DNA of 63,897 nt, filler included, from Dicyema japonicum (lineage: Eukaryota > Animalia > Dicyemida): the NCBI GenBank assembly GCA_011109175.1. It is 6 parts of 6 records of this genome, joined end to end, with 100 filler letters (N's around TTAATTAATTAA, not from the genome) between each part and the next. Parts side by side here need not be neighbours in the genome. Positions count along the whole stretch, not along the records: positions 1 to 10,752 come from RDEW01000060.1; positions 10,853 to 20,575 come from RDEW01000163.1; 4 more parts are not named here. One strand, 5' to 3'. Both the position numbers and the translations under genes were made by a program. Below the pieces are notes generated by a model that did no database searches, was not told the DNA's origin, and saw nothing but the letters and a program-made list of their open reading frames with translations. Positions 1 through 12,587 of the stretch are shown piece by piece (positions within the stretch are counted from its first letter, which is position 1; the number at the start of each line of letters is the position of its first letter).

Positions 1-1265
1 AAGAGACGAAAGTTACTTGTAGCCTTGATGATAACTATGGCGAATATCGAATTATATGTAAGTCCAGCGACTTAAAACATTATGAATTTGTCATCCACTC
101 AAAGTTGACAAGTGTAGTCCACCGTATATGGAGTGTGAATGACAGGATCTGTGTTATACAAATCCGACTAAACGACTTACCTCCTTCGAAGTGCTTCTGA
201 CAATTGTAAATGTTTATGCACCACACTGCGGGAGAGTAGCAAAAGATCCGACATAACTAGACGACTTCTATTCAACACTGTTACGGACGTACAACGAATA
301 TGATTCGTCATCACAAATACTCATTGCTGGGGATTTGAATGCAAAAATCGGGATGAAGAATAACCCGGATGATGTTTTCTTGGGAGAAGATGGACGTAGA
401 ATAAGAGACCTATCCGCGACAATACTTGGTCACTTTTGTATGCCAAACAACCTTTTCCTATGCAATACTGCATTTACGCATCCATACACAAAACTACGTG
501 GATGAGGAAGAGAAGGAACTCAGAGGGAAACCTGGTCCCAATACACAACCGAATAGATTATGTAATTTGCCGGGCTAAAGACAAACACTTTCTAGTAAAC
601 GCTCATTCATATGAAGGCTCGACGACTGTCAGCGACCACAAGATGGTTATTGCAACCTTTACCCTGAATAAACATGACAGCAAATACATGAATTTCAAAA
701 ATCACGAATTTGAGAAAATCAGAGGCGACTACGCGACTGAAAGGCTGATTTCCCAACCGGAGAATACTGAGAGATATCAACAATACATTCAGACTCATAT
801 GCAGGACATATTGGTGGATATTACGTTAAAAGACGCCTGGAAATGCACAAAGGACACCATCAACGAAGCTGCTGAAGCATGTTTTGGCAAAAGAGATAAT
901 AGTAAAATGCACCTGAAGAAAATTCATCCATATGTTCCTGAGCTTACGAAAAGTCTAAAAGAAATAAATATGAAAAAATCAAATGCCACTGACAGTAATA
1001 AGATAAAAGCCCTTCAATGCGAATGCAACGTGCCAGAAGAAAAATAAAGGGTCTGAACAAGAAGCTTTTCATAGAAGAAATAGCTTCCTGTATAGAAGAA
1101 GTGAACAAAGTAAAAGACAACGCACAGGTGTACGTCGCTGCCCGTTTGCTGCGGCGAACAAACCGAAGTAGACTACCCATAAAAGACGAGAACGGTAAGC
1201 TAATACTGAACACCAAAGAACAAACTGAAGTCATCGCGGTTCACTTTGATTTTAGAATTGACTAA
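1..1265 (+). mobile_element. RTE-like non-LTR retrotransposon, APE endonuclease and linker region (decayed, both ends missing)
   Basis: Manual translation gives QETK, IVNVYAPH, IAGDLNAKIG, HNRIDYVICR and SDHKMVIATF, the APE motifs typical of the RTE clade; contains stops and frameshifts. Confidence 0.85.
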
Positions 1266-4200
1266 TCTGAGCAGTTCAGCTCTCTTTTGTCGTTTTTCAC
1301 GACTTCTAAAATAAAATTAATCAAGACAGTCTCATTCTCTCCATAATTAGTCCTTTCGTCTTCTCTCACTCTTCTTAGTCTTCTCTAATATATTCTTTGC
1401 AAGAGTGTTTGTCGTTTCATTCTCCTCACTTTCTTCCCCTTAGCTGCCTTCAATAACCTTGATCTCCTCAATATCTTCTTTACAGTTCTCTTAACAGTCG
1501 AACCAAAAACTCGTTGTTTTTTCTATAATATTAACGACACAACACACAAATCAGAAGAGTTTAGTGACTATATATTAATAGAATATGTACTTTCTCTGAG
1601 TATCCCCCAACAGTTGGTTCTCATTTGGCAATATTAGGAGAACACAATAAGTTCCGTTGATAATTATTCCTTTTGTGGAGATATCAGGCATACCCTCATG
1701 GTCTGTGCACTCAGAGTTGATATTAGAAAGAATTACATGGGCTGTGTTGATATCTTGCTTCTTTGTGGTCGGTGGAAAGATCCACGTGGTCTGTGATTAT
1801 TGTTGGTGTTTTTTTAATAGTATTAGAGGGATCCAAGTGACTCGTATTACGGGATGACTTAGGATAAGCCTGAAATATTATCTACTGTTTACTATTGGAA
1901 AATTGGATTCCTCGTCTAACAAATCTTTAATACACCTCAAACCTACTGTTTCGGATGGCAATCAATTATTGGAAAATTCGGAGAATGGTTGTTCTACAAC
2001 CTTCTAGAATATACAATACCTTCCACTTTCATAGGTTGAATTTGCCATTGGAAAACTCAAAAACTACTTCTTCGGTAATGTTTGTATGAGATGATGGGTG
2101 GATGTGGGTTTGGAAAACTCTGATATTTTTAATCAACAGACCTGTTTTGGTGGAAATTTTTGAAAATCTCATCTTTTTCGAACTGAAATCACTTCATTCT
2201 TTAGCAAAGCGTTTTCATAATGGATAATCTTCATCAATAGATTTCTCTCTTTATTCCAGAGAAATTCCCATAATGGCTAATATTTAGAAGAAACGTGATG
2301 TTTTGACTAGAATACGTGTCACTATGAACGATGGATAAAATATATTTCTGGTATATCCAGGGTTATTTTAAATTCTATTGATTACAGAGTATTTCATTTA
2401 TTTACGACTCAAGACCTTTGATGTAGATTCCCTGAGTGCTTATTGATTTCAGTGAACTACAAATATAAAATTACAGATTTTGTTAACACATCCACATCTC
2501 ACATAACAATCAGATAATTTAGTAGTTGGGTTATCTGTGGTCCCTTTTGATATGTCTCAGAACAAAGTTGGTTTATGTCTCAGTTTGTCAACTGAACATG
2601 CGCTGTCAATCCGACTGCTTAAATTTGCAGTACTAGAACAAACACGACTATAAACGATACAGCGGCGAATATAGTCAAACTACGTTATAAGTACTAAGAC
2701 TTTTATAGGTTACTATACTCTCNNNNNNNNNNNNNNNNNNNNNNNNNNNNNNNNNNNNNNNNNNNNNNNNNNNNNNNNNNNNNNNNNNNNNNNNNNNNNN
2801 NNNNNNNNNNNNNNNNNNNNNNNNNNNNNNNNNNNNNNNNNNNNNNNNNNNNNNNNNNNNNNNNNNNNNNNNNNNNNNNNNNNNNNNNNNNNNNNNNNNN
2901 NNNNNNNNNNNNNNNNNNNNNNNNNNNNNNNNNNNNNNNNNNNNNNNNNNNNNNNNNNNNNNNNNNNNNNNNNNNNNNNNNNNNNNNNNNNNNNNNNNNN
3001 NNNNNNNNNNNNNNNNNNNNNNNNNNNNNNNNNNNNNNNNNNNNNNNNNNNNNNNNNNNNNNNNNNNNNNNNNNNNNNNNNNNNNNNNNNNNNNNNNNNN
3101 NNNNNNNNNNNNNNNNNNNNNNNNNNNNNNNNNNNNNNNNNNNNNNNNNNNNNNNNNNNNNNNNNNNNNNNNNNNNNNNNNNNNNNNNNNNNNNNNNNNN
3201 NNNNNNNNNNNNNNNNNNNNNNNNNNNNNNNNNNNNNNNNNNNNNNNNNNNNNNNNNNNNNNNNNNNNNNNNNNNNNNNNNNNNNNNNNNNNNNNNNNNN
3301 NNNNNNNNNNNNNNNNNNNNNNNNNNNNNNNNNNNNNNNNNNNNNNNNNNNNNNNNNNNNNNNNNNNNNNNNNNNNNNNNNNNNNNNNNNNNNNNNNNNN
3401 NNNNNNNNNNNNNNNNNNNNNNNNNNNNNNNNNNNNNNNNNNNNNNNNNNNNNNNNNNNNNNNNNNNNNNNNNNNNNNNNNNNNNNNNNNNNNNNNNNNN
3501 NNNNNNNNNNNNNNNNNNNNNNNNNNNNNNNNNNNNNNNNNNNNNNNNNNNNNNNNNNNNNNNNNNNNNNNNNNNNNNNNNNNGTTGACAAAGAGAGGAT
3601 GTAGACCTTCGGTGTCGACGTTCCTCCACAATGTCATATGTGTCCGTGACATATATCCAATCCGTCACAGTGCCACTTCGATCCTCCGGCTATTCCTGTC
3701 AAAGAGTGTTCCGAAGACGAGCATTGTAGTATTTCAAGTCGGGCCCATTTCTGCAATGCGTGACAGACATGATACATACACGCCCGTGATGGTTAGTTAA
3801 TTACTCTTCCCTTCCCACGTCCTTTTACTTTCAATGAAGTCTCAGCCTCCCTGGCTAGCAGCTTCCAAGTGGAACCATAGCCCGAGTACCCCCGTTGGCA
3901 ATGTTATTCAAACAACTTAGACCAGCAGCTAACAGATTATGTTCCCCAACAAAACAATTGAGAATTTGTTACAATGAGACTTAATGTGTATTTTTAAGCA
4001 CGTGTTAAAAGAAAAAAAAATTAGCAGTATCGTTTATTCAGAAAGGTGTTTTGTATTAATAAATAAATAGGAAACGCGGATATTGGGTGATCTTGATCTC
4101 CTTTCTACTCTATCAATTTTGACAGCTCAAATTCTTATTTTCACGCTTAATGTTACTCTTCAATTTGGAATCGTCGAATACAAAATCTGTAATCCACTTT

Positions 4201-4909
4201 GTGACATCAGAATTAACCAAACCGTGAGGACCCCAGTTCTATACTGTCAAGAATTTGTTTTTGAGGGCGACTCGTAATATTTACGAATTTTTCATTACGC
4301 TTGTTTTTTATCATTTTACTTCATTTACTATCCATTTTGTCTTTAGCAAGTCTAAAATTCGACTTTATACATTTAAATCTGAAAATTGGTGATTAAAAAG
4401 TCGTTAAATGAGGATTGAATCTAAAAGGAATGCTCCCACTTGCCTTAAGTCTTCAATATTGATGAGGTGAGGCTTCAATATTGACATTGATGAAGATTAG
4501 TTGGTTTTAAGTTGGTATTTTGTAAAATATGTATACTCCACGTATGTTGGATAAATCCGTATGATTAAAAAAATGTCATATTTTATCGGTAATTTCCCCA
4601 ATCCCCCAGAGAACACCTATGGTGAATTGGAACGAAGTGGAAGGAATCCCAAGCGAAAAACATTTTTCCATATTCTTTCGTTTGGCAGAGTAAGTGGGAA
4701 GACAGCCTAGTTTTTTATTGGGTTACCGAACATATAAATAGTTATACACCGAAGATAGAAAACCTTCTTCAGAAAATCTCCAAGGTTCTTCAGAATAATT
4801 TATTAAGTATCTGTTATATCTTATTTATAGTTAAACGCAAAAAATACAAAATAATTTAAAAAATAATAAAATTGTCCTATTTTTGTCTCAAAATGTCCTA
4901 ATTGTACTA

Positions 4910-6232
4910 CCGCATTTGCCGGTGTATAAGTCTACCTTGTTAGATCAAAAATCTACCTAAAAATCGACCTCGACTTATGCATCGAGTCATGAAATTCAAC
5001 TTCGTATTCATCGCTTCAAATGTGATGGTAATTACTACACTCTTCAAAAAAAATTCTTGCAAAGATCAATCTAATTATAGAAGTGAATGGTATAAAATGA
5101 TAACTACATAAACATTCATTCATTACCCATGTCTAAACAAATGAATTAATCTACCAAGTTTAAACTCAAGTTGTAAACTTTGCCGAATAAACTTACAACC
5201 GTTGAGTATGCCTCCGTTGCACCGAGATTCACGCTATCGAAGTCTATGGTCGAAAGAGTCAACTCAATAAACCAGAAAACAATCAGTATGCTTTGCCCAC
5301 GTAATGGATCATCAGTCGACTCACTACTCATGGAAGCTAAGATCCGTAGTCGTGGCTCCGGATTTCTTCTCGTCTGTGAGGAAGATGGAAACCCGCTTCG
5401 CCTGATCCTTTCCATGCAAAAGAAATCGATTGGATAAGAAATTCCTTTCCCCGATCGGATTCCTCTGCAAGACCGAGAGAAGGCTCCGGAAAGTAATGGG
5501 GACAATGGAAGATCACAGACGTCGAATGGCACAATTGATTGCGAGGACTGGGATCACCTAACTGTTTGACTCTTTTGTCTTTCATTTTCGGTGTTCCCGG
5601 GGTTATTATTAAAAAAAACTAACAACTGTGCTGCCTCGAGAAAGTTTGGCGTAAATGAGAAACTAGTAAGAGACTGGAAAAGCATTTTAACACAGCTAGT
5701 AGTGATGCAGAAAAACATATGTGCTAATAGAGCGAAAACTGCAAGTGGCCAGCACTTGAACAAGAACGTGTATGGTGGGTTCGTCGTCACAAGAAATATG
5801 ATTTGTCTGCCAGCTTTGGCTTGTGCCAAACAAAGCAAGATTACCGATTTTAAAGGAACTAAATTTGGTGTTCACGATTTTTAAAGAGAAATGACCTTGT
5901 GCTACGAAAAAATTTTCCTAATTAATCATAAATCACTTTTAAGAGTGTTCATTGTTATTGGTCTCTCTCGGCCAGTAATATCACAGGGTTACAAAGTAAA
6001 TAGTAGGGGAGGGGGGTCGACTTATACATCGTCAAATACGGTATTTNAGCTAAAGTTGGTGTTCACGATTTTTAAAGAGAAATGACCTTGTGCTACGAAA
6101 AAATTTTCCTAATTAATCATAAATCACTTTTAAGAGTGTTCATTGTTATTGGTCTCTCTCGGCCAGTAATATCACAGGGTTACAAAGTAAATAGTAGGGG
6201 AGGGGGGTCGACTTATACATCGGCAAATACGG
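4910..6232 (+). mobile_element. pogo-like non-autonomous DNA transposon with TIRs and TA flanks
   Basis: Left end ta|ccgcatttgccggtgtataagtc matches the reverse complement of right end gacttatacatcggcaaatacgg|ta. Internal CENP-B/HTH-like residue (NNCAASRKFGVNEKLVRDWK) at 5591-5884. Confidence 0.8.
5165..5618 (+). mobile_element. 3' fragment of jockey/I-like LINE (family J) nested in the pogo element
   Basis: High nucleotide similarity to 59190-59383 and 60885-61118; ends in an A-rich tail. Confidence 0.8.
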
Positions 6233-6299
6233 TATTTGTTTTTAAAATGTCCTAAAAATGTCCTATAATTCCGTCCTAGTTATCAGGAATGAATTTGAT

Positions 6300-7500
6300 T
6301 GATAATCTCATCAAACTGGTCATTTGAGGAAATCCAATACTTAGATCAATCCTATGGGCTGAAATATCCGGAGTGGATTTGCGATAGGATTCTTTTGGAA
6401 TCTCTATCGAGGGATTCTTCAAATCATCTATTGGTTGTGGCTGACTTCAGTTAACGAATGACTCTAGTTGTACAAAATCATGGATCATAATCGTCATGGT
6501 GGAGATAGAAGAAGAATTGACTCCTATCGATTGCCGTCTGATTTCTAGTTTCAATTAGGTTATTATGGGTTGCACAGGATTTGTTAACTCATTGTTGGTC
6601 TCACATGCATAAGCGTTCTCAAGCACCAGAATACAAGACTCTCATTGTATGCAGTCTACAACAACACGTAAGTCAAAACCAGTAATCAATACAAGTCCAC
6701 ACTTTGAGTTTTTGAATTTTACAATTGAACAGGAGACGCATCGAAACCATCTGGAGTAGTAGATCGCCATTGAAGGAAAGTTAGACAAAAATTTAGAATA
6801 TAGTGGAGTATACCTGAATCTCAGTCTTAGTTACGATACCATAAATTCTCTAAGAAGGAAAATTGTCCCTCAATGAACAATGTGCAATTTGAAATAATGA
6901 ATATGGTTTCCTCGCCCTTTTTGGTGCAGAATCCATCATATCAAGAATCTGTTGGAACGCGTAAATTAAGATAAAACCCCAAGTCTCTTCAATTTCTGCT
7001 AAAAGAGGAGCTTTGTGGCACAATTATTAATGATTAGTTAAGTTTCTCAATTTTCCGTCTGAAATAAACCCCAAGTCTCTTCAATTTCTGCTAAAAAAGG
7101 AGAGTCGTGGCACACTTATCGATGATTAGTTAAGTTTCTCAATTTTCCGTCTGAAATAACATGAGAATGAGCCAGAAATCTACTAGCGAAATGCTTTAAC
7201 TGCTAACATTAGGCCACTTCACGAAACGTTAAAACTGGACAAAGAGATGCCTTACGGGGCTATATCTTCGAGGAATGAATTCCAAAACGTCTGAAGGAAC
7301 AGTTAGGGTGACCTGGATCTATTCCTAATCGTCAAACTTGACGTTGACAAGACCTAGGTAGGATAACGGAAAAGTGAATTTATTGACTAGAACTTTAGTA
7401 TTCTCAGGAAAATGGTTCGCCACAAAGTACGTAGTTCAATTTAGACGTTGTCAGTGCACTCTTTAGAAAAAGGAGGACGTTCGTGAGTCCAACATTCTCT
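6300..7500 (-). mobile_element. Heavily decayed Ty3/Gypsy pol relic (RT to integrase traces)
   Basis: Minus-strand traces such as YYSRWF (integrase core) near 6750 and LSYLG near 7350; many stops. Confidence 0.4.
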
Positions 7501-7620
7501 GTCATGTGAACGTTGACTTTGATTGAATGAAAATCATAGATAGGAATTAATTATTTTAATATAAAACTATTAATTTAGCAACTTTATATATTTTTTAATT
7601 AAATATTAATCTTAAATTAA

Positions 7621-8259
7621 ATTTTTGGTTGAGCTGGTGACGTGGCTCTAATAAAGTATTAACATGTCTGAAAAGTACGAACCTTATCTTTTGGAGAAAT
7701 TCTCGCTGCTCTCATTCAACGTCCGAGGCCTAACCCCTTCTTGGAAAAGGACCTCCCTCTGTCAAGACCTACATAATGGCTCTAATAAAGTATTAACATG
7801 TCTGAAAAGTACGAACCTTATCTTTTGGAGAAATTCTCGCTGCTCTCATTCAACGTCCGAGGCCTAACCCCTTCTTGGAAAAGGACCTCACTCTGTCAAG
7901 ACCTACATAATTACGATGTCGCAATTGGTTGCCTACAGGAAAACAAAATACAAGATAACCATGAAGAAACATGTGGTAAATTCAAATTGATCTTTCTTCC
8001 GACTGTCAACAGGCACTATGGACTGGGTTTTGCCATCAAACTGGAATTTCTCCCCCATATCTACAGAGTATGGGCAGTTAATGACCGCATCGGAGTTCAA
8101 CAAATGAAGTTTATGAATGCCAAAGCAAGCACTGACATTGTCTCCATTATCAATGTATACGCACTTCACAGTGGGTGGATTAACAACGATCCGGCTCTAT
8201 TTGATGACATCTACTCAGATTTATCAGATTTATATTTAGAATTGGCCGACTCCGCTTAA
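7621..8259 (+). mobile_element. 5' end of an RTE-like LINE: APE N-terminus
   Basis: ORF 7798-8259 has SFNVRG, GCLQE, HYGLGF, VNDRI and IINVYA motifs; its first ~134 bp are tandemly duplicated. Confidence 0.85.
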
Positions 8260-8819
8260 GTAAAAAAGTTATGATAACTAATCTTAGAATGGGAGAACAA
8301 AGAAATGCTCTTCACTTCATTTTTCTATTTTTTGCGTTTTACTATAAATGAAGCATACAATTATTTGAAAAATTAGATTTTAAAGAAAAAGTATGTGGAA
8401 TAAAAAATTATATTAACAAAAGAGAGAATTCAAATAACAAAAGGGTGAATTATAATTAGTAATCATTTATAGATTACTCGAATCAGTCATTGGGAAAAAT
8501 ATTAATGAGTACGGGTTTAGCGTTAACAGTCAAAATACTACAAATTATTTGGAATCTGAATAATATAAATTAGAAGAACTACATCAAATACAAAAAAAGA
8601 GAACCAAATTTATTGGAAGGTCAATAAAGAATCTACACTGAAATAAACAGAACGATTGAAGAAAATGATTGAATGGGTTGGGAAATAAAATCAATGGTCA
8701 AACTGGCATCAATAGAAAGTGAAAAAATTAACGAAGAATATAAATAAAATACATTAGAGATGAAGAAGAAATGTATGTTTATTTTCTTCAAATTATATAT
8801 ATTATTTGATTCTTACAAA

Positions 8820-9245
8820 TAATGTTGACATGTTGCAGACAACTTAACAATTTGGGATACAGATAGCCCGGAAAAGAAATATATCCAAGATATTCTTGAT
8901 ATGATGCAGCTCTCAATTCTGAGAGGGAACAGCCACGCAGTGAGGGCAGCAACTAAATGATATAAATCCATTTTTTTAATTTTTGAACCATAAAATAAAT
9001 AGATTATTGATACCTAACAATTTTGGATACAAATAGCATGGAAAACTAATATAACCAAAATAATCCTGACATGATGCAGACAACATAACAATTTGAATTA
9101 CAAAAAACTGGAAGAGAAATATAGCCAAGAGATAAATAGGGAAAATCCTAAATTATATCCAAAAAATACAATTAGTTTCACCAAAGGCCTTCAGGCATTT
9201 CACCAAAAAATACAAATCCTAAATTATATCCAAAAAATATAATTG
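8820..9245. repeat. Degenerate ~75-nt repeat units plus a short local duplication in a decayed AT-rich coding-like segment
   Basis: Recurring acaa(c/t)ttaacaattt...gataca.atagc...ggaaaa...atata.ccaa units; aaatcctaaattatatccaaaaaata occurs twice. Confidence 0.5.
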
Positions 9246-9759
9246 TTTATGGTAGACAGATGGGTTTATGAGAAAAAAAGAAATTAAAATCCTCATATTG
9301 TAGCCAAATTTACAAAACTGGATAAGCACTTCGAATAAATCACTAGAGCTAGTTCTGGAATCTATCTCAACACCGCAGACAAAGTCCCACAAATCACTAT
9401 TCTAGTGTGAAAGATTTGCTTGAAAGCATAAGGATAAAGGAATTGTTAGTTTGATAATACCATTGATCCATAAGTCTTTCTCTGGGTAGCTGAGAATGAT
9501 TCCAGAACGTGTTAACATGGAACGAAATTGTCTGCTTGTGGAATAAATAGTTTGACCCTTTAAAATCCCATCAAGGCATTGGGCGTAACTGAATATGGAG
9601 GTTCCAATGACGCCAATAGATGGAAAACAGAAATTCTAAACTAATTAGCAATAACAGAACATGGCGCCTCGTGTCAAGTTATGGCTAAATAGTTTAGGAG
9701 AGAAATTAGTCATGCAGACATTTTTAGTTTCATTAGTTAGTGAAAAGCTACTTCTCGTA

Positions 9760-10150
9760 ACCCTAAAAGGGTTTCTATTGAACCATGCTATACAGCCATC
9801 ATCGCCACACCATCTTGTTTCTGGTAATCATTAGAACGTCATCCTGGTTATATGCTGTTACCAAGTTAAGACCGATTGTTTCGTAATCATCTTTTAAGCA
9901 AATTGGTAGTGTATTTCTGGGTCTGCCTCGAAATCCGTTACTTCGGGCACAGTAGAAATATTTTTCATTATCCTGTTACACGTCGTAGTCGGGTCCTGAC
10001 AAAAAAAGTCCAAATAGTTGTAATCTCGATAGAATAACGTACACGCTAATTGGAGTAGATTTACATGGAACAGATTATTACTGGTTTGAGATTTTTCTCG
10101 GACAGAAGGTTCCAGTCAGTATACGCAGTTGGCTTCTGTGGCAAGTATAT
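9760..10150 (-). mobile_element. 3' end of RTE-like LINE ORF
   Basis: Minus strand reads FRGRPRNTLPICLKDDYETIGLNLVTAYNQDDVLMITRNKMVWR, the typical RTE C-terminus. Confidence 0.7.
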
Positions 10151-10169
10151 AGCCTCTCTAAATCGTTTT

Positions 10170-10752
10170 TAAGGTTCCCCGTGTTCCGGAATTGTATATT
10201 AGTATTGGCTCGATAAACGTGTTTTTTGGTGAGATGGTGAAGATTCTCTGTGACGATCTGGAGAGATACGACGCATCTATTGGGTGCCTACAAGAGACGA
10301 AAGTTACTTGTAGCCTGGATGAGAACTATGGCGGATATCGAATTATATGTAAGTCGAGCGACTTAAAACATTATGAATTTGTCATCCACTCAAAGTTGAC
10401 ACGTGTAGTCCACCGTATATGGAGTGTGAATGACAAGATCTGTGTTATACAAATCCGACTAAACGACTTACCTCTATCGAAGAGCTTTCTGACAATTGTA
10501 AATGTTTATGCACTACACTGCGGGAGAGTAGCATAAGATCCGACAGAACAAGACGACTTCTATTCAACACTGTAACGGACGTACAACGAATATGATTCGT
10601 CATCACTAATACACATTGCTGGGGATTTGAATGCAAAAATCGGGATGAAGAATAACCCGGATGATGTTTTCTTGAGAGAAGATGGACGTGGAATAAGAGA
10701 CCTATCCGCGACAATACTTGGTCACTTTTGTATGCCAAACAACCTTTTCCTA
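10170..10752 (+). mobile_element. Second copy of the RTE-like APE region (same family as 1-440)
   Basis: 10291-10752 is closely similar to 1-460; SINV, GCLQETK and IVNVYA motifs. Confidence 0.85.
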
Positions 10753-10852
10753 NNNNNNNNNNNNNNNNNNNNNNNNNNNNNNNNNNNNNNNNNNNNTTAA
10801 TTAATTAANNNNNNNNNNNNNNNNNNNNNNNNNNNNNNNNNNNNNNNNNNNN
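10753..10852. other. Artificial scaffold spacer N44-TTAATTAATTAA-N44 (12-mers also at 20620, 45596, 55006 and 62769)
   Basis: Identical 12-mer with stops in all six frames centred in fixed-length N runs. Confidence 0.95.
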
Positions 10853-10859
10853 TTTAGAA

Positions 10860-11175
10860 TTTCCTTCCGTCAAACCATAATGTTGTCTATTCTTCATCCA
10901 AAAAGTGCATAGATAACAAAAGATGTGTATAGATGTTTGCTTCATAAAATTAATGAACATTTTTTATCAAAAAATCTGAAAATTATTCTGCTATTGGACA
11001 ATGCTGAGCCCCACAATATTCTGGAATTCTCTAACAGAATTATTTTTCCTACCCAAAAATACAACCCCTATGCTTCAGCCACTGGATTGTGGAATTATCA
11101 AATCTGTCAAGGACCACTATTCTACATCTTTAATAGATTTTTAATTTTTNCGGTTGTAAAACGTATGATTTCTTG
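10860..11175 (+). mobile_element. pogo/Tigger DDE_1 transposase fragment
   Basis: IILLLDNAEPH followed, after a frameshift, by FLPKNTTPMLQPLDCGIIK. Confidence 0.75.
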
Positions 11176-12587
11176 AACTAAAAGGCTTCCACTTGAAAGC
11201 GATGACACTTATGCTGGATAGGCGATCTCCAGCGCCGACCTGAGACCCGTTCCTCCTAGGCGTGTATGAAGCTTGCATTGGTTCCAACTCAGCACATCAA
11301 AATGGATGTTTAGAAGCAAATCAGCTGATTTTCTCAATGTCCTATCCAGTGACAGGAGGATGTCACGATGTTTGAAGCAGGGAGAACATCGGAGAGCGTA
11401 TAGGATTTAGGCAAGCTGATGCTATTTTTCAAATGGAAAAACGCTGTATGACCATCGAGTAAGGAGAGTTTCTCTGTGACATTATTTGAATACAATTTTT
11501 ACTCTTTAGCCACTGCAGAACAAATCGTGATAAGTTGTTAGGCGAGGGAAAACCTATATCTTTTTTTCCATCACGCAAATATTTAATGTTAGGAGTTTAT
11601 CTTCCTACTAAGATAATTCATTAATTAGCGTTCTTTCTAAGACCAACTTGATGGCTCCCCTTGATATTATTTGTCCTTTTTTTGTAGAAAAACCATCCTT
11701 AACATCAGTAGAGTAAATTTGGGAGAATTACTTTACACAAGATAAACAAAATATCTTTTTTTAATCCGAGCGTTTTACTCAAAATTTAATAGAAAAATTA
11801 CTTTTTAATTAATTTACACGATCCATAGTGTAATTACAAATATAGAATAAATTAATTCTTATTTATATTGTTCATAATTTAATTTTAAAGCATAATTGAA
11901 TAATTGTCTTGAAATATATAGTATGATTTTTTGTTGCTGTTGAATTAACTAAATATGGACATATACAGTGTATGTTTAAATTAATAAATATGATATTTGG
12001 ACAATCTAATGTGTAATAATTAAAGTTAAAAAATAATTTTCGAATAAAAATTCCAAATTTTTGTCAAATCTAATTATTTATGACAGGAAATGTATTTTTA
12101 TGATAAAGTGTTAAAAATCCATAGGTTAAAAAATAATTTTCGAATAAAAATTCCAAATTTTTTTCAAATCTAATTATTTATGACAGGAAATGTATTTTTA
12201 TGATAAAGTGTTAAAAATCCATAGTTGTATAATTGGTCAAAGATCTCATCGTAGGAGATATTGTCACGTGTTCTATTTGTTAGCACTTTTAAAGCGATCA
12301 TATTGAGACAAACATTAGTTTTTTTTAGCATAGATTAACATCTAATTTTTTTAGTTATCGCTGGAGAATTGGTTCGATTTACCTGATGTCTGTAATTACT
12401 AAATGAATCTAAATTTAATTTATTTATAACAAAATGGTCCCCACCAACATAATCCACGATACTTTTCCTATCACGATTGCAATGTAGATTAACTGGAAAA
12501 GGGTCTGGCTATTAAGTTTAGTCAGACAACCACTTTCTTTAGTAAAGGATGTGATATCCCACTTATGTCACCAGTTGTTTCAGCTAA

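Noticed and set aside
2675-3668. Long ORFs in the track spanning N runs (also about 27.8-28.4k, 37.4-38.0k, 49.3-50.4k, 60.4-61.0k)
   Set aside because: Their length comes from X translation of gaps.
3585-3800. Helitron/PIF1 fragment
   Set aside because: It is a GC-richer island, but no frame gave a convincing helicase or Rep motif; left unannotated.
10753-10852. TTAATTAATTAA islands inside N runs as a biological repeat or PacI-like site
   Set aside because: The fixed N44-12mer-N44 layout occurs five times; it is an artificial six-frame-stop spacer between scaffolds.
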